From NCBI GenBank assembly GCA_054600435.1, contig BAAIJX010000026.1:1-64000 (forward strand): 64,000 nt of DNA, read 5' to 3'. Under the pieces are notes generated by a model. That model was not told the origin of the DNA. It saw only the letters and a program-made list of their open reading frames with translations, and did no database searches. This document shows, piece after piece, positions 34,502-46,715 of this stretch. This DNA is from Neophaeotheca triangularis. Lineage: Eukaryota. How positions within the stretch are numbered: position 1 is the first letter of the stretch; every line of letters starts with the position of its first letter. The position numbers and the translations under genes are program-made.

Positions 34502-36431
34502 CTACGCCTCGACCTCAGCATTCCCAATCTCCACGCCATCAAACTCCCCCGTCCTTCCCACCCACGCCCAGGGCCTAAAAGCATTTCCACTCCCCCTCAA
34601 ACTCCCCCTCAGTTCCGGGAAATGCCTAACGAGCACCCCCCTCATAGTCTCCCTCTGCACCCACTCGATCCCCTCTCTGGTATAAACCTCGTCGTTAAAA
34701 TCCCCGGCGATAAATCTATCCGACTTGAGCCGCCGGCTCGCCATGAGGATGAAAACCCGAAACGCCGTGTCGCTGAAACCGAAACCGGCGGGCAGGGGCT
34801 CGCACAAGCAGCCGATGAGCAGGTCGACGGCTTCGAGGTCGTGGCCGTAGAGCTCGGCGAGCTCGCGGGCGAGGGACGCGTTGTTGCCGGTCAGCGCCAG
34901 GAAGCTCGTCGGTGCTGCCATGTGCATGGCCCGTCGGAAAGCGCAGTAGCGAGGGACGCCGCGTTCGCGGTCGCGGAGGATGTCGAGGGTGCCGAGGTCA
35001 AGGCGCTCGCCAGACGGCAGGCGGAGGTCGCGGAGGAAGGCGGGCGTGTTATGTATGGTGATTGCACCTGGGTGGTTGATGCCGAAGGAGTAGAAGGCGT
35101 CGGCGAAGCGGAGGCCCGCGTGGCCTTTGGTGGGTAGTAGGGGGTCGCGTGCTTTGCTGAAAGCGACGTCGGAAATGGGGAGCGTGGTTCGGTGTTCGCC
35201 CGTTTCGACGGAGAAGAGGGCGATGTTGTCAGGGATGAGAGGGTGCATGCGGTAGACGGAGACGAATTCCTCGGTCAGGCTGTAGGGGGCTACGCCTGAG
35301 TCGGCGCCGGAGCCTGGGATGCCGGAAATGGCCTCGCTGGGGGAGATGCGGCCGAGGATTTGCGTGAGTTGGGCGCCGACGAGGCCCGACCAGTTGGCGT
35401 TCATTGACACGTCGAGGGTTGGGTGCGCGAGGATGGCAGGCGTCCACTCGACCGTGTGTATCTTGGCCATAAGGGCGCAATTGATCAGTCTCGCCACGTT
35501 GAAGATCTGATCTCCCGACCAGGCAGGGTTGGACAATTTCAGCTGAGCGCAGATGGCATTGTGCTCAAGTGCGAAGAGCGTGTGCAGTAGTTCCAGCCCC
35601 AGCCACCAATTGTTGTTGAAACCCGTCTTTGGTATGCCATCCGCACCTCGTGGAAGGAAGTGTTCGCCGTTGATGGCATCCACCTTGAGAGTACCATCGT
35701 CTGTCTGTGAACGTAGTGCAGCAGTCGCCTCTTCGCTAGAGCCGTAAATCTGGGAGCCGTCCCACCTGTTACCAAGACATTAGCATTTTCAACCCGTGTG
35801 GTCCGAGGCAATCATACCAATGCGTTTCTTCATTTCGGTAGGCAGGATACTTCCGATCCGTCTCATCCAGAGGCTCGTCGACCTGCGTCTTCGCGATTCT
35901 CATAGGCCTCTCAGACCAGGAATCGTCCTTGTCGAGTTTCACTTCCCACTTCTCGTCGGCGGAATTGAAATGCTGCGCCCAGTCGTGCACCTGGAACTGT
36001 ATCCAAGCCGCCGCAAGCAGATTGACGATAGTCGCAGGCTTAAACTCGGTCCTGGCGAGCAACTTCTCGGAGATCGTCCTCGGGTTGGGCGTCATGAGAT
36101 CCTGGTGATTAGGCGGCGCCGTCAGATGCCTGGGAACGTTGCGGCCGAACCGCATACCGGCACACCCCATCCGAGGCTGCTCGAGGGAGTTGTGCAGGCC
36201 GCTGCTGTGCCGAGCTGCCAGGTACGTCGTCTCAGGCATAGGGTCGGTCTTGTTCGAGCCTTGGAAATCAGGGGCCGGGTAGGTGTCGAATAGGTTTTCC
36301 TCGCGAAGTTCGTCTCGCATGGCCAGGAGGTTGAGAGCGCCTAGGTATCTGGGGAGTTTGTGCCATGGTATGATGAGATTGATTACCTTGAATATGGCGA
36401 TTAGGATTCTTTGGGCGAATGTGTAGGCCAT
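34502..36431 (-). CDS. Animal-type heme peroxidase, fatty-acid alpha-dioxygenase-like; exons 36431-35818 and 35765-34502
   Basis: AAAWIQFQVHDW, HWWDGSQIYG (across the intron), AKIHTVEWTPAIL, EEFVSVYRMHPL, RDRERGVPRY and ASRRLKSDRF. Confidence 0.9.
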
Positions 36432-37237
36432 ATCGAGGAGCCTTTACTGCCTCTTTCACTGCTATAACTCTTGCCTTCTAGAGAATCGAAGGAAAAGTCT
36501 GGAGTGACGGGCACAGCAAACCTTCTTATGTGTTTCTTACCTCTACGAGCCTTCTCAGCTGATGCCATGCATGGGCGTGAGTCTGCGCCTCAGCCTCGTC
36601 CCTGGCGCCATGGCTGTCCCAACGAAAAGGCAGAGGATGAACGGCTGAGCTCAGAAGACAACTCACAGGCAATCGACGTGCATACGAGAGCAGACGCAGT
36701 CAGCTTAAGCTGAGCCGATTATTGTATGTAGCCAAGAGCGGGCAGTGCTGTTGCAACACCGCCTATTAACTCTTGCGGTGCAACAGATAATGAGGAGGCC
36801 ATTGGATCAGCCTCGAATGTTTTGGCCTCTCCGTACAGCGTTGGACGAAGCGGCCTTCTAGGACGAATCTGTGAACGATCCATGGGTGATGTGGGTAGGC
36901 GTAGGGTCAGAGTTGGTGTACCTTCTTCCAGGTCGAGAACATACTAGTACTTTCACGTATTCTGGGGTGTACCTTATACAACCTAGATGCTGCCACACTC
37001 ATTTCACGTACTACCACTTTAGCGTCCAAATGCCCTCTCGTTGGCTCATCTTAGAGGCATGCATCAAACACTCAAATGCCGTATCAAGTCGAAGTGAAAC
37101 CTGTGGGGCTTCAGCTACAAAGGTTTACAAGCCTAGTATAACCAGCTGCTACTCAGTCGCTACTCGGGTGAGTCCCTTCTCTCAGCCCATCATACTCCCC
37201 ACAGCACTCCCACCAAGCACCCCGAACCTCCTCTGCC

Positions 37238-37890
37238 CTACTGCGCCTTCTTCACATTCGCCCCACCCTTCGGCGCAAATCCAACACCATAATTATAAGT
37301 CAATGCACCCCCAATACTCGCACTCCAAAACAAAACCCCCGTCATCACAACACTCACCAACGCCATCCAACCCTGGGGCGCATACGCCGCCGCCATGGTC
37401 GTCTGCGCGCCCAACTCGACGCCCACGCTCTTACTCACCAACGCTTCCACAGTCTCGTTGCGCAAGCTCCGGCGACAATACCACATGTACGCCGACAGCG
37501 CGAGCACGACATCGTTGGCGAGAGCGTGCACAATGGTGGCTTTGACTTTGGGTTTCATCGTGCGGCCGTCGGCTTCGTATTTGCCTTGGCGCGAGATGAG
37601 GGCGTAGGCTTGGGCGCCGCCGGACATGACGGCGGGGATGGCGGTGAGTAGGCCTAGGGAGAGGAGGTAGTAGCTTGCGCGGGTGAGGTCGGGGCCCGGG
37701 GGGAGCAGTGAGGTGGCTGAGGCGGGTAGGTAGGGCCGGATGGCGTAGAGGGTGTCCAGGCCGTAGGCGAGGGCGAGGAAGGAGATGGGAAAGTGCACAG
37801 TTGCTGGGTGCAGGGGTTTGCTAGGGGTTTGTGGTGAGTATGGTCATGGGTCATGGTGAGCAGCATGGCTACGAGGTAGGCTTACTCCAT
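37238..37890 (-). CDS. DUF2231-like multi-pass membrane protein; 5-nt first exon (ATGGA), intron 37885-37821
   Basis: Spliced N-terminus MDKPLHPATVHFPI; HALAND; GGALTYNYGVG; about 4 hydrophobic segments. Confidence 0.8.
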
Positions 37891-38706
37891 GGTTGCGGTT
37901 GTGTGGTGGTTGGACTGGTTCCAGGTTGAGTTGGTCGTTGGTATGGGCTTCTCACTCGAATGCCTGGTAGAACTTGCAGGTGTTCAAGTCGTCGTCGGTG
38001 AAGAAAAGAAAGAAGAGAAGGAGGGGCAAAGGAAACAGAAGCTCCCAGCTTCCTTCCAGCCCTTCGCAGCCTCTCGGACATGACGACGTGGACAACCTCG
38101 ATTGAACTGCAGGTGCTGACCACGGTCGGGAAATGCAATCCATCTGATTGGTCAGAAGCTTTCCATACCACATCAAGACGCCGGAGTCAATCTGGTGGGG
38201 TGCCGACAACAAACATCTCGCCTGCATTTGGTAATTATTCGGCCGATCATCACCCAATGGTGGAATCCATATAGTACAGTTGCATTCTGATCTCAATGGC
38301 AGCTGCATACGCAATTCTGGGTTCCGACGAGCTCAGCGTCGCATTCAGAAGCGCGAGATGGACACGTCGAGGGTCGCGAAGACGGCGGTGCAGCGTCCAT
38401 GAGTGCTGTGAGTGCTATGCAGTACTCAAACAGCCATAGTCGTAGGTACCTTCCTGCGTATTGAAAGCCATCGTTGATACTTGTGGTCTACCACTACCGA
38501 CAAGCACAACCCAATTTAGACGACCGACAGCCACCACAATGAACTTCCAAGGCACACTCGTCCTTCAGAGCGAGCCAAGAGCACAGCTCGATCTTGTCAG
38601 AAGAAACCCACAACGTCCGAACCAACCGCAACTGTTCCCCAAACCCACTCAAAGACGAATAGACTTAACCCACAATCAACAAAATGGGAGAAAAGAAGAA
38701 AAAAGC

Positions 38707-39060
38707 CTACTTCCGCTCCCTCCCTTCCTCCTCCACTTTCTCCCCCAACCTCGCCCCCTCCATACCCCTCACAGCCTCCTCAAGCCCAAGATCCGTCCGC
38801 TCAACCTCCCACTCCCTACGTTCTTCAGCCGAAGGAGGTTCCGGCGCACCCTCGCGTTGGAAAATCGAGCGATGGATCGGGATGCGGTCATTCTCATCGT
38901 CGTCCTTGTTTGCCGGTTCAGGGGCTTTGGTGTTTGTCGCTCGCTCGCTCGTGGCCTGCTTGGCCTCGGGCTTCGCCTCTTCGCGGTGCTGCGTTTTATT
39001 AATTTTGCCTTTCACTCTGTCTTGCAGGCTCTGGCGACGGGTAGGGGCCTTGTCTGTCAT
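38707..39060 (-). CDS. Small hydrophilic hypothetical protein (117 aa)
   Basis: ATG in AAACATGA context; charged, coding-like ORF. Confidence 0.5.
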   Translation of the reverse strand: MTDKAPTRRQSLQDRVKGKINKTQHREEAKPEAKQATSERATNTKAPEPANKDDDENDRIPIHRSIFQREGAPEPPSAEERREWEVERTDLGLEEAVRGMEGARLGEKVEEEGRERK

Positions 39061-39357
39061 GTTTACTTTTTTTTAAGAATTTGGGGCTCGGAGAGTGGGT
39101 TTTAGTGGTAGTATTGCTGCTTGGGTTCTAGGACCTTTTAAGGTGACTAGAGACGCTGCGTGGGTTTGTGTGTGCATGCCGGACGGTATGAATATTATGT
39201 GAAGTGGAGTCTCATCGTTCGGTGCTTTATTCGAAAGCCGTTTGCTGTTTGTGAAAAACGAGCCGATGAACAAAGGATGGTACTGTTTCGTTGTGCTTTT
39301 CGAAGCCCGGCTGTAAGGGAATATCCAAAGGACGTAACGGTGTCGTCTTGGGGTCCG

Positions 39358-41202
39358 TCATGCCAGGCTCTCAAGTTCCAGCAGGCATCTCAGCACAGCC
39401 AACCCTCCACTGTGACTCTCGACTGTACGGCCTCTGCCTCGATCATTGGGATCGCAGTCATGCCGACCGGGCTCGCATTCCTGATGCTCTAGCCTTAGGG
39501 TTACAAGCTCTGGCTCAGAACGGCCAGCAAAAGCCGTGGGCTCTGCAACATATCCTCTTCCCAGCCACGGCTCACGAGCCAGGACACTCTCATCATTCCT
39601 ATAGTCAACCGCGCCTTTCACGGCGGGCGCATGCTCAACTTCTCCACTCCTATACCACCGTGCGCCCCACCAGCAGCCGTACTTGCCATTACCATCTCGC
39701 GAACTCAGAGCCGCGCGAGCATTATGCGCAACCCATGGCGCATAAAATTTGCAGCTCTGTCTATGCAACCACTCCAGCTCCTTACTAGCACCAAATGTCT
39801 TATCAGGAATCAGAGGCCCCAAAGGCAGCGGCTGGCAGAAACGGGCCAAGTGATGGAAGAAGATGCCCTTGAAAGTATGCGAATTTTGATCGCAAGTTCC
39901 GCGCGAGTCGCAGCGGTCTTCCAGGACGCCGTTGCGGCCGAGGCCTCGCCATTGCCCAACCGGTTCACCGTCAAGCACGACGGTGTGGGAATCGAGTGAC
40001 CAGCCAGTAGCCGCAATACTGTTGCGAATAAGCTCGTGGCCGTCTTCGAGGTAGCTTGTGTTCCCTGTGCTTTCCCATAGGCCTCTGAGACCGGAGAGCA
40101 CGACTGCCTGATTGTAGGTGAAGACTTGCTCGTTTCTAGCGTCACATTTCTTGGTCCCGAGGCTGCTATTGCGTTTCCACCCGGTGATGTGGAAGCCGTC
40201 GACGTATAGGCCGAGGGAATTGGTCATGTTGCTGTGCTTTAGCCAGTCGTAGCCTTGAATTGCGGCGGTGAGGTAAGCTGGGTCCTGAGGCTTCGCGCGA
40301 TCAAAAGTACCCTCACCCGAATCCGTCGTAGGAGCCGCAAAGAAGAACGGGGACTCATTGGCATCGCCGGGATGATGGAGATACATGTCCACGCTCGCGG
40401 AGACGTAAAGTTGGTTTGTGATGGCATTCTTGTAAGGGCCAAGGGAAGGGCTCCATACCATTCCGCCACCACACAATTCAGTGTCCCATCCCTTGGTGAT
40501 CAAATCGTAGAAAACTCTGGCGCGATGGGCAAAGACGTCAACGAACTGTAAGCCATGCCAAGGGTCCGAGAGGGTGCTGTTATGGGCACGAATGAACTTG
40601 ATGCTCTCTAGCCAGCCGAGTGTAACCCACGACATGTCATCGTAGGCCTGATTCCTGATGCTAAAAGCGTTTTCATTGAAGTGGTAGGCGATGGTCTGGG
40701 AGAAGAAGAGGTTGAGCTCGTTTTCTGCTTCTTGCCTGTGCCTTTCGTCTCTGCTGCCTACAAGACGCTGACCTGACGAGCTGATAGTACCCAACGAGGC
40801 GACAAGGTGCGTATTCAATACAGCAGCTGTCCAGTCTATGGATGTTGGCCATGTACCCAGCCAGAGCTCAAACCAGAATGTTTGCATGACATTGAGAGAC
40901 TGTCGCATCTCGGCCAAGACGTCGATGGGCTCTGCGGCATTGTCGCTGTTGTTGTCGACGACCTGATGGCGGTGCGCTGCATAGTGTCCAGTGGATTCTG
41001 GTGACAGCTGTAGTTGTAGTGGCGATGTTGGCAGAGAAGAAGTCAGCTGGCGTGAGAGGTCACGCGGAGGCGGAGCGTCTTTGTGGTTGGAGGCCGGCTT
41101 GCTCCAGGCAGCGACGGCACGCGTGCAGGTGGTTGACAAGCAAAGGAAGATCAAGATGGCGATGATGATCAACCTTCTTAAGGTTATGGACGAGTGAAAC
41201 AT
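39358..41202 (-). CDS. Glycoside hydrolase family 76 protein
   Basis: Signal/TM N-terminus; AYDDMSW catalytic motif, CGGGMVW, YKNAITNQL, TYNQAV and FKGIFFHHL. Confidence 0.92.
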   Translation of the reverse strand: MFHSSITLRRLIIIAILIFLCLSTTCTRAVAAWSKPASNHKDAPPPRDLSRQLTSSLPTSPLQLQLSPESTGHYAAHRHQVVDNNSDNAAEPIDVLAEMRQSLNVMQTFWFELWLGTWPTSIDWTAAVLNTHLVASLGTISSSGQRLVGSRDERHRQEAENELNLFFSQTIAYHFNENAFSIRNQAYDDMSWVTLGWLESIKFIRAHNSTLSDPWHGLQFVDVFAHRARVFYDLITKGWDTELCGGGMVWSPSLGPYKNAITNQLYVSASVDMYLHHPGDANESPFFFAAPTTDSGEGTFDRAKPQDPAYLTAAIQGYDWLKHSNMTNSLGLYVDGFHITGWKRNSSLGTKKCDARNEQVFTYNQAVVLSGLRGLWESTGNTSYLEDGHELIRNSIAATGWSLDSHTVVLDGEPVGQWRGLGRNGVLEDRCDSRGTCDQNSHTFKGIFFHHLARFCQPLPLGPLIPDKTFGASKELEWLHRQSCKFYAPWVAHNARAALSSRDGNGKYGCWWGARWYRSGEVEHAPAVKGAVDYRNDESVLAREPWLGRGYVAEPTAFAGRSEPELVTLRLEHQECEPGRHDCDPNDRGRGRTVESHSGGLAVLRCLLELESLA

Positions 41203-41393
41203 AGTACTATTATATTTAGGTATTATTTCCGAAAGAGGCAATGGCCTAAGCAGGATTTTGGACGGGTATCGGAAGAAAGAGGAGTGAGGGTGGGAAGGCA
41301 TGGAACACGGGGCCCGCATTCAGGTTTCTGGTCGACAGGGGTGAGGCCCGGGTGTAGAAAGATACCTCGAGGTCATGCTGTACACTATTACCT

Positions 41394-41468
41394 GTAGGTA
41401 GGTAGGTAGGTAGGTAGGTAGGTAGGTAGGTAGGTAGGTAGGTAGGTAGGTAGGTAGGTAGGTAGGTA
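41394..41468. repeat. (GGTA)n microsatellite, about 18 units
   Basis: Direct reading. Confidence 0.95.
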
Positions 41469-42621
41469 CTGTGATTCCGTGAACAAATGCACCTACGTGA
41501 CCTACCACCTGGCCGCAGTCAGGTCTCCCTCGCCACGCCAAAGAGGCGGTGTAAGGCAAGCAACCTGGAAGCTACTAACTATACAGTGCCTCCTTTTATC
41601 TGCCCACTACTACAGGTGGGAGCGGAGCAATATAAGCGCGAGTCAGAAGCGACGAAGAGACGTCTATGCGAAATTTCAAACTTGTAGTACAGTAGTAGTA
41701 AAGTAGTCGGGTGTTTGCGCAATCCGTTCTTGAGCACGTGCCCAAGATGAAAGTCGAAAAGGTCTAGAAGGTCGAGGTGGTCGTCGTAGTAGTATAGTAC
41801 TAGTAGTACTACTGTAGTAGTATGTTCCATTGGTACTGAGTACTGCTAGTTTTACCGACTACTGTCCTCCAGGGCTAACTTAACGTTTAGGTAGTCTCGT
41901 AGTTTGGTCACGCTCGATGCTGAATCTTTTGCTCTCCCTTTCGTCTACCTTACCTAACCTAACCTAACCTCACCACCCACTCACTACAAGCCTGCTAGCT
42001 AGTAAGGTGTGATCTGAACAGTAATACCAAGGTACGGTACGGTACCTACCTACGGCACTACTACTCGGTCACATGTTCACTATCATTATTGTTATTGATG
42101 AAATACCTTGGACTCTCGATACTACTCCACTACTACTATCTCCAGTACTCTGCCGCATCAAACACGCCACCGCCACGCCACGCCACCTCACGCAGACACG
42201 CTCGCTCTCGTCACACGCCTCCCTGCAACCGCTAACCTATCAAGCCTTTTAGCCCTTACCTCTTCACACCAGCGAATCCAGCAGCAGCAGCAGCAGCAAC
42301 AACGCCGTACCTGCATGCACCTCTACGACTACTACCATTTACTACCTACTACACTACTACCTAACCACTTCCTACATGTACTAGAGCAGCAGGAACTCGC
42401 CCCGGAAACCTAACCTTACTTTGCCCACGTCTTGCCTTACTAACCCAACCCGAACCTAACCCTACCCTCTTCGCCTCGCAGCAGCAGCAGACCGCCCATC
42501 TTGCCTCTCTCAGCGGGGTAGCCGATGAAACGGTCTACTCCCTCACTTCAAAACATTTCCTACCACCTCCCCTTCCGGATATCCTCCCTTCCCCCTCTTC
42601 CTCCCTGTGATTGAGGTCGCC

Positions 42622-45600
42622 ATGGACCTAAACGCACCAACCCTCGCACACCTCGCCGTCGACGACTATTCCCCCGCGACGCCAATGTCTAATATCACAG
42701 CTCCTTGGGTTTCGGACCCTGCCGCTCAGAAAATATTGCAAGTGCTGCATATAGCTTACCCGATAATTCTAATCATTCTGTTCCTCGGCGCTTTCACCAT
42801 TCGAAGTATTGTCACGGCTTCTAGCGACGATGAACTCACCAAAGATCCGCAACAGCTGGGCCCTGGCGGCAAACCACTGCCCAAGACCACCAAAAAGGAC
42901 CCCGCCGAGGCGAATGCGCTGGACTTTAGCAGGCCGAGGAAGCTGCTCTTTCAATGGCTGAGCGTGGGAGTGATTGGGAGCATACTGGCCAACATCGTCG
43001 TCGTCATAATACATGCCTTGTACGCAAGAGAAGAGCAATGGTGGTGCGGCCAGGCACCTGTTGTAGGTCAAGCCTAGCAAAAGCGGACACACAAACGGTC
43101 GGTTGCATGGGAAGCTAACCTCGATCCCTAGATCTACCTCGTCGGGTCCTTCATGGTATACGCCCTCCTTCTAATCACCCTCCTCGACACCGAACCCTCG
43201 CCTACTTTCGCCTGGCTGATAACATGGATCGTCGCCGAGGTTTTGGAGATAGTGCTACTAGGAGCCTCTTTCGCAGTCTACACCACAGATCATCGCGAAC
43301 CAAAAGTCGGAGACCCACAAGGTGGTGAGTTGGAGCGGGAGATGACGGAATGGGAAATCACCGAGGTGTGCATAGACATTGTACGCATCTTCTTGCTCGG
43401 ATCCCTCATCTGCTTCTACGCACTGTTTGTCTACCTGCAAGGCGTCAAGAGAAGAAAGAACGATGCTAGGAACGGAGAGGAAACACAGGGTCTGTTGGCC
43501 AATGGGTCTGCCGAGAACGGGGGCGCAAGCGCGCCAGGGTACGGCGCAACCAATGGACACCCTCCAGGCGGTCAGCGTGAAGCGCCAGCTGGATGGGAGA
43601 AGCCCGCCTCACCCCCTTCGCGCAGCTGGTGGGAATACCTCCGGGCCTACTCCATGTTTCTGCCCTACATCTGGCCCTACAAGGACCGCAAGCTTCAGCT
43701 AGGCTTTGTGCTCTGCTTCATGATTGTCATACTCCAGCGTGTCATTCAAGTCTTCGTTCCGATCCAAGCCGGCCGCATTACCGAATCACTCGCCCATGCG
43801 AACGGATACAGCGGCATGCCGTGGGGTCAAATTACCATCTACATTGCCCTACGCATCTTCCAGGGATCCAATGGATTGCTGGGGGCCGCACGTCAGGTCC
43901 TATGGATTCCCATCGAGCAGTATTCCTACCGCGAATTATCAGTCGCCGCCTTCGAGCACGTTCATATGCTGAGCTTGGAGTTTCACCTCGGCAAGAAGAC
44001 TGGTGAAGTGCTTTCCGCGCTTGGAAAGGGCGCCTCGCTCAATACTTTCCTCGAAAGCGTGACTTTCAACGTGCTTCCAATGCTCGTCGACTTGGGCGTT
44101 GCGGTTGTCTACTTTTTGATCAGGTGGGATGCCTACTACGCTCTGGTGATTGCTGTTGTGACTTTCTGGTACATCTACATTACGATTCGCATGGCGTCTT
44201 GGCGTGCAGACATTCGCAGACAAGCAACAAACGCATCGCGTGAGGAGGATGCCGTCAAAAACGACTCGATGGTGTCCTACGAGACGGTCAAGTACTTCAA
44301 CGCGGAGGCATACGAATTCAATCGCTACCGTGACGCTGTGAAGAAGTACCAAAAGGCCGAGTACCTAGTCACCTTTTCGCTCGCGCTCATGAACACGATC
44401 CAAAACCTGGTCTTCATGCTCGGTCTGATCATCGCCTGTTTCATTGCTGCCTACCAAGTTGTATCGGGCATGCGCGGAGTGGGAGACTTCGTGACGCTTC
44501 TCACATACATGACCCAACTCCAGGGCCCGTTGAACTTCTTTGGCACATTTTACAGGATGATCCAGAACAACATGATCAACTCGGAACGCATGCTCGAGCT
44601 GTTCAAGGAAAAACCGACTGTGGAGGACAGCCCGGATGCAGAGAACATGCCTTCCTGCGAGGGAGAAATACGCTTCAATGACGTTCGATTCGCCTACGAC
44701 AGCCGCAAACCAGCGCTCAACGGCATGACCTTCCGGTGCAAGCCAGGAACCACGACTGCTTTGGTGGGTGAGAGCGGTGGCGGCAAGTCGACTGTTTTCC
44801 GCCTATTGTTCCGGTTCTACAACGTCGAGTCTGGCGCCATTCAAATCGACCAGCACGATGCTGAAGCCGTGACAATCGACAGTCTGCGCAAGCATATTGG
44901 GGTCGTCCCACAAGACACGGTCCTCTTCAACGAAAGCCTCATGTACAACCTTAAGTACGCCCGTCAGACCGCTACGGATGAGGAAGTCTACGAAGCTTGC
45001 CGTGCCGCCTCGATCCACGACAAAATCCTCGGCTTCCCGGACGGCTACAACACCAAAGTCGGCGAGCGCGGCCTGAGACTTTCAGGGGGCGAGAAACAAC
45101 GCGTGGCAATTGCCCGCACCATCATCAAGGACCCACGCATTATCCTCTTGGACGAAGCCACCGCGGCTCTCGACACGGAGACGGAAGAGCACATTCAAGA
45201 AGCCCTCAAGACACTCTCGCGTGGCCGCACAATGCTCGTAATCGCCCATCGCCTCAGCACCATCACCATGGCCGACCAGATTCTCGTGTTGCACGAAGGC
45301 CGCGTCGCGGAGAAGGGCAGACACGAGGAACTCCTCGCCCAGCGCGGCAAGTACTGGGGCATGTGGCGCAAGCAAGTGCGAGCGCAGCGTGCAGCCGAAG
45401 AGGCCAAAGTACTCCGAGACAAGGCCGACAGGCTGCGGAGGGAGAGCATGAACAGCTCGGCCGAGGCGCGGGGTGGGCGCATCGACGAAGAGGAGAGCCC
45501 GAGTGGTAGCGACGAGGAGGTTGCGAAGCGCCAGCGGCAGCAGGGCGAACAGGTTGCCGCCATGGGCGATGTCGTCACCGACCCACGACCTAGTCCGCAG

Positions 45601-45684
45601 GCGCTTAGGGATGCCGCGCAGAGGTCGCCGTTTGCGATTGATGAGGATGTCGAGACGCCTGTGAAGCCCAAGGGTCATCCTTAG
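42622..45684 (+). CDS. hmt1: Heavy-metal tolerance ABC half-transporter (Hmt1/ABCB6-like); exons 42622-43062 and 43132-45684
   Basis: N-terminal TM extension, FHLGKKTGEV, YETVKYFNAE, Walker A GESGGGKST, LSGGEKQRVAIAR and ILLDEAT. Confidence 0.92.
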
Positions 45685-46675
45685 TGGTGTCTAGGGGAAT
45701 GTGAGGCTGGACTGATTTGGGGTGGGGGTCTGGTGCTGCCTCGTGGCGCAAGCAAGGGGTTGATGGAGATTAGATCTGGAAACTGGATACCGAGGATCGG
45801 GTCCATGGGATGAATCGATCTGGCTTGCGTTGCGTTGCGTGACTCGATCACCCCGGGGCATCGGAATGGGCGCGTGGCACACGAGACCAAGTCGTACAGG
45901 CGCTCCCTTGCCGCGCTTCGACTTTCCTTTTTTTTTTTTGCGCAACAGCCAGCCAGCCAGCCAGCCAGCTACGATGGTGGCTTGTTTTCTCGGGTCATTG
46001 ACAATTAACCCCGGCTTCCCTAGCATTCTCGAAAAGTGCTAAAAGCATAACCACCGAAGAAGCGGCCAACAGCTATGGAGAAGGATGCCAACGACGCAAA
46101 ACACGAAAAGGGCGGAAGACTTTCCTCTTGCTCCGGCACATCTTATTAAACAGCGAGAGCGGGGAGTAACGGGAGCCTTTTTCGCTCAACAAGGGAGATG
46201 GGGTGGACGGGTATAAACATCACAGCATGGTCTTCTTTCTCGGTCGCGTCGCGAATTCTAAAGCGTCGGAGCTGGCGGCATGGTTTCTGCTTCTGTTTCT
46301 GCTTGTGCTTCTGCTTGTGCTTCTGCTAAGTCTGGGGGATGAGGGGGGTGTTTTCGATTCCACACGTTGGAGGGTTGAGAGAAAGCCGGGGGAAGAGGGC
46401 GAATAAATTGGCCGTGGTTGTGCTGCTAAGGGCAGCGGTTCTGCTGAATGTAGAAGGTTGATTGTATGCATAGGACCGCTGGGGATTCTAGCGGAGAGCA
46501 TCGAGTAAAGGGAAGGGGCGTGCAGTTGTAGTTAGTCAGCTACACAGGCCGCTGAGTTAACAACGTCTTTTGATATACAACTTTTGTAGATGAATGAAAA
46601 GTAAGAAGAGTACGTTTAGTTTTTTTTTTTAGAAAAAAGAAGAAGAAGAGGAAGTTCTTTGCACAATGACTGTAA

Positions 46676-46715
46676 TAGGTAGGTAGGTAGGTAGGTAGGT
46701 AGGTAGGTAGGTAGG
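46676..46715. repeat. (AGGT)n microsatellite, with a complementary (ACCT)n tract at about 46814-46833
   Basis: Direct reading. Confidence 0.9.
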
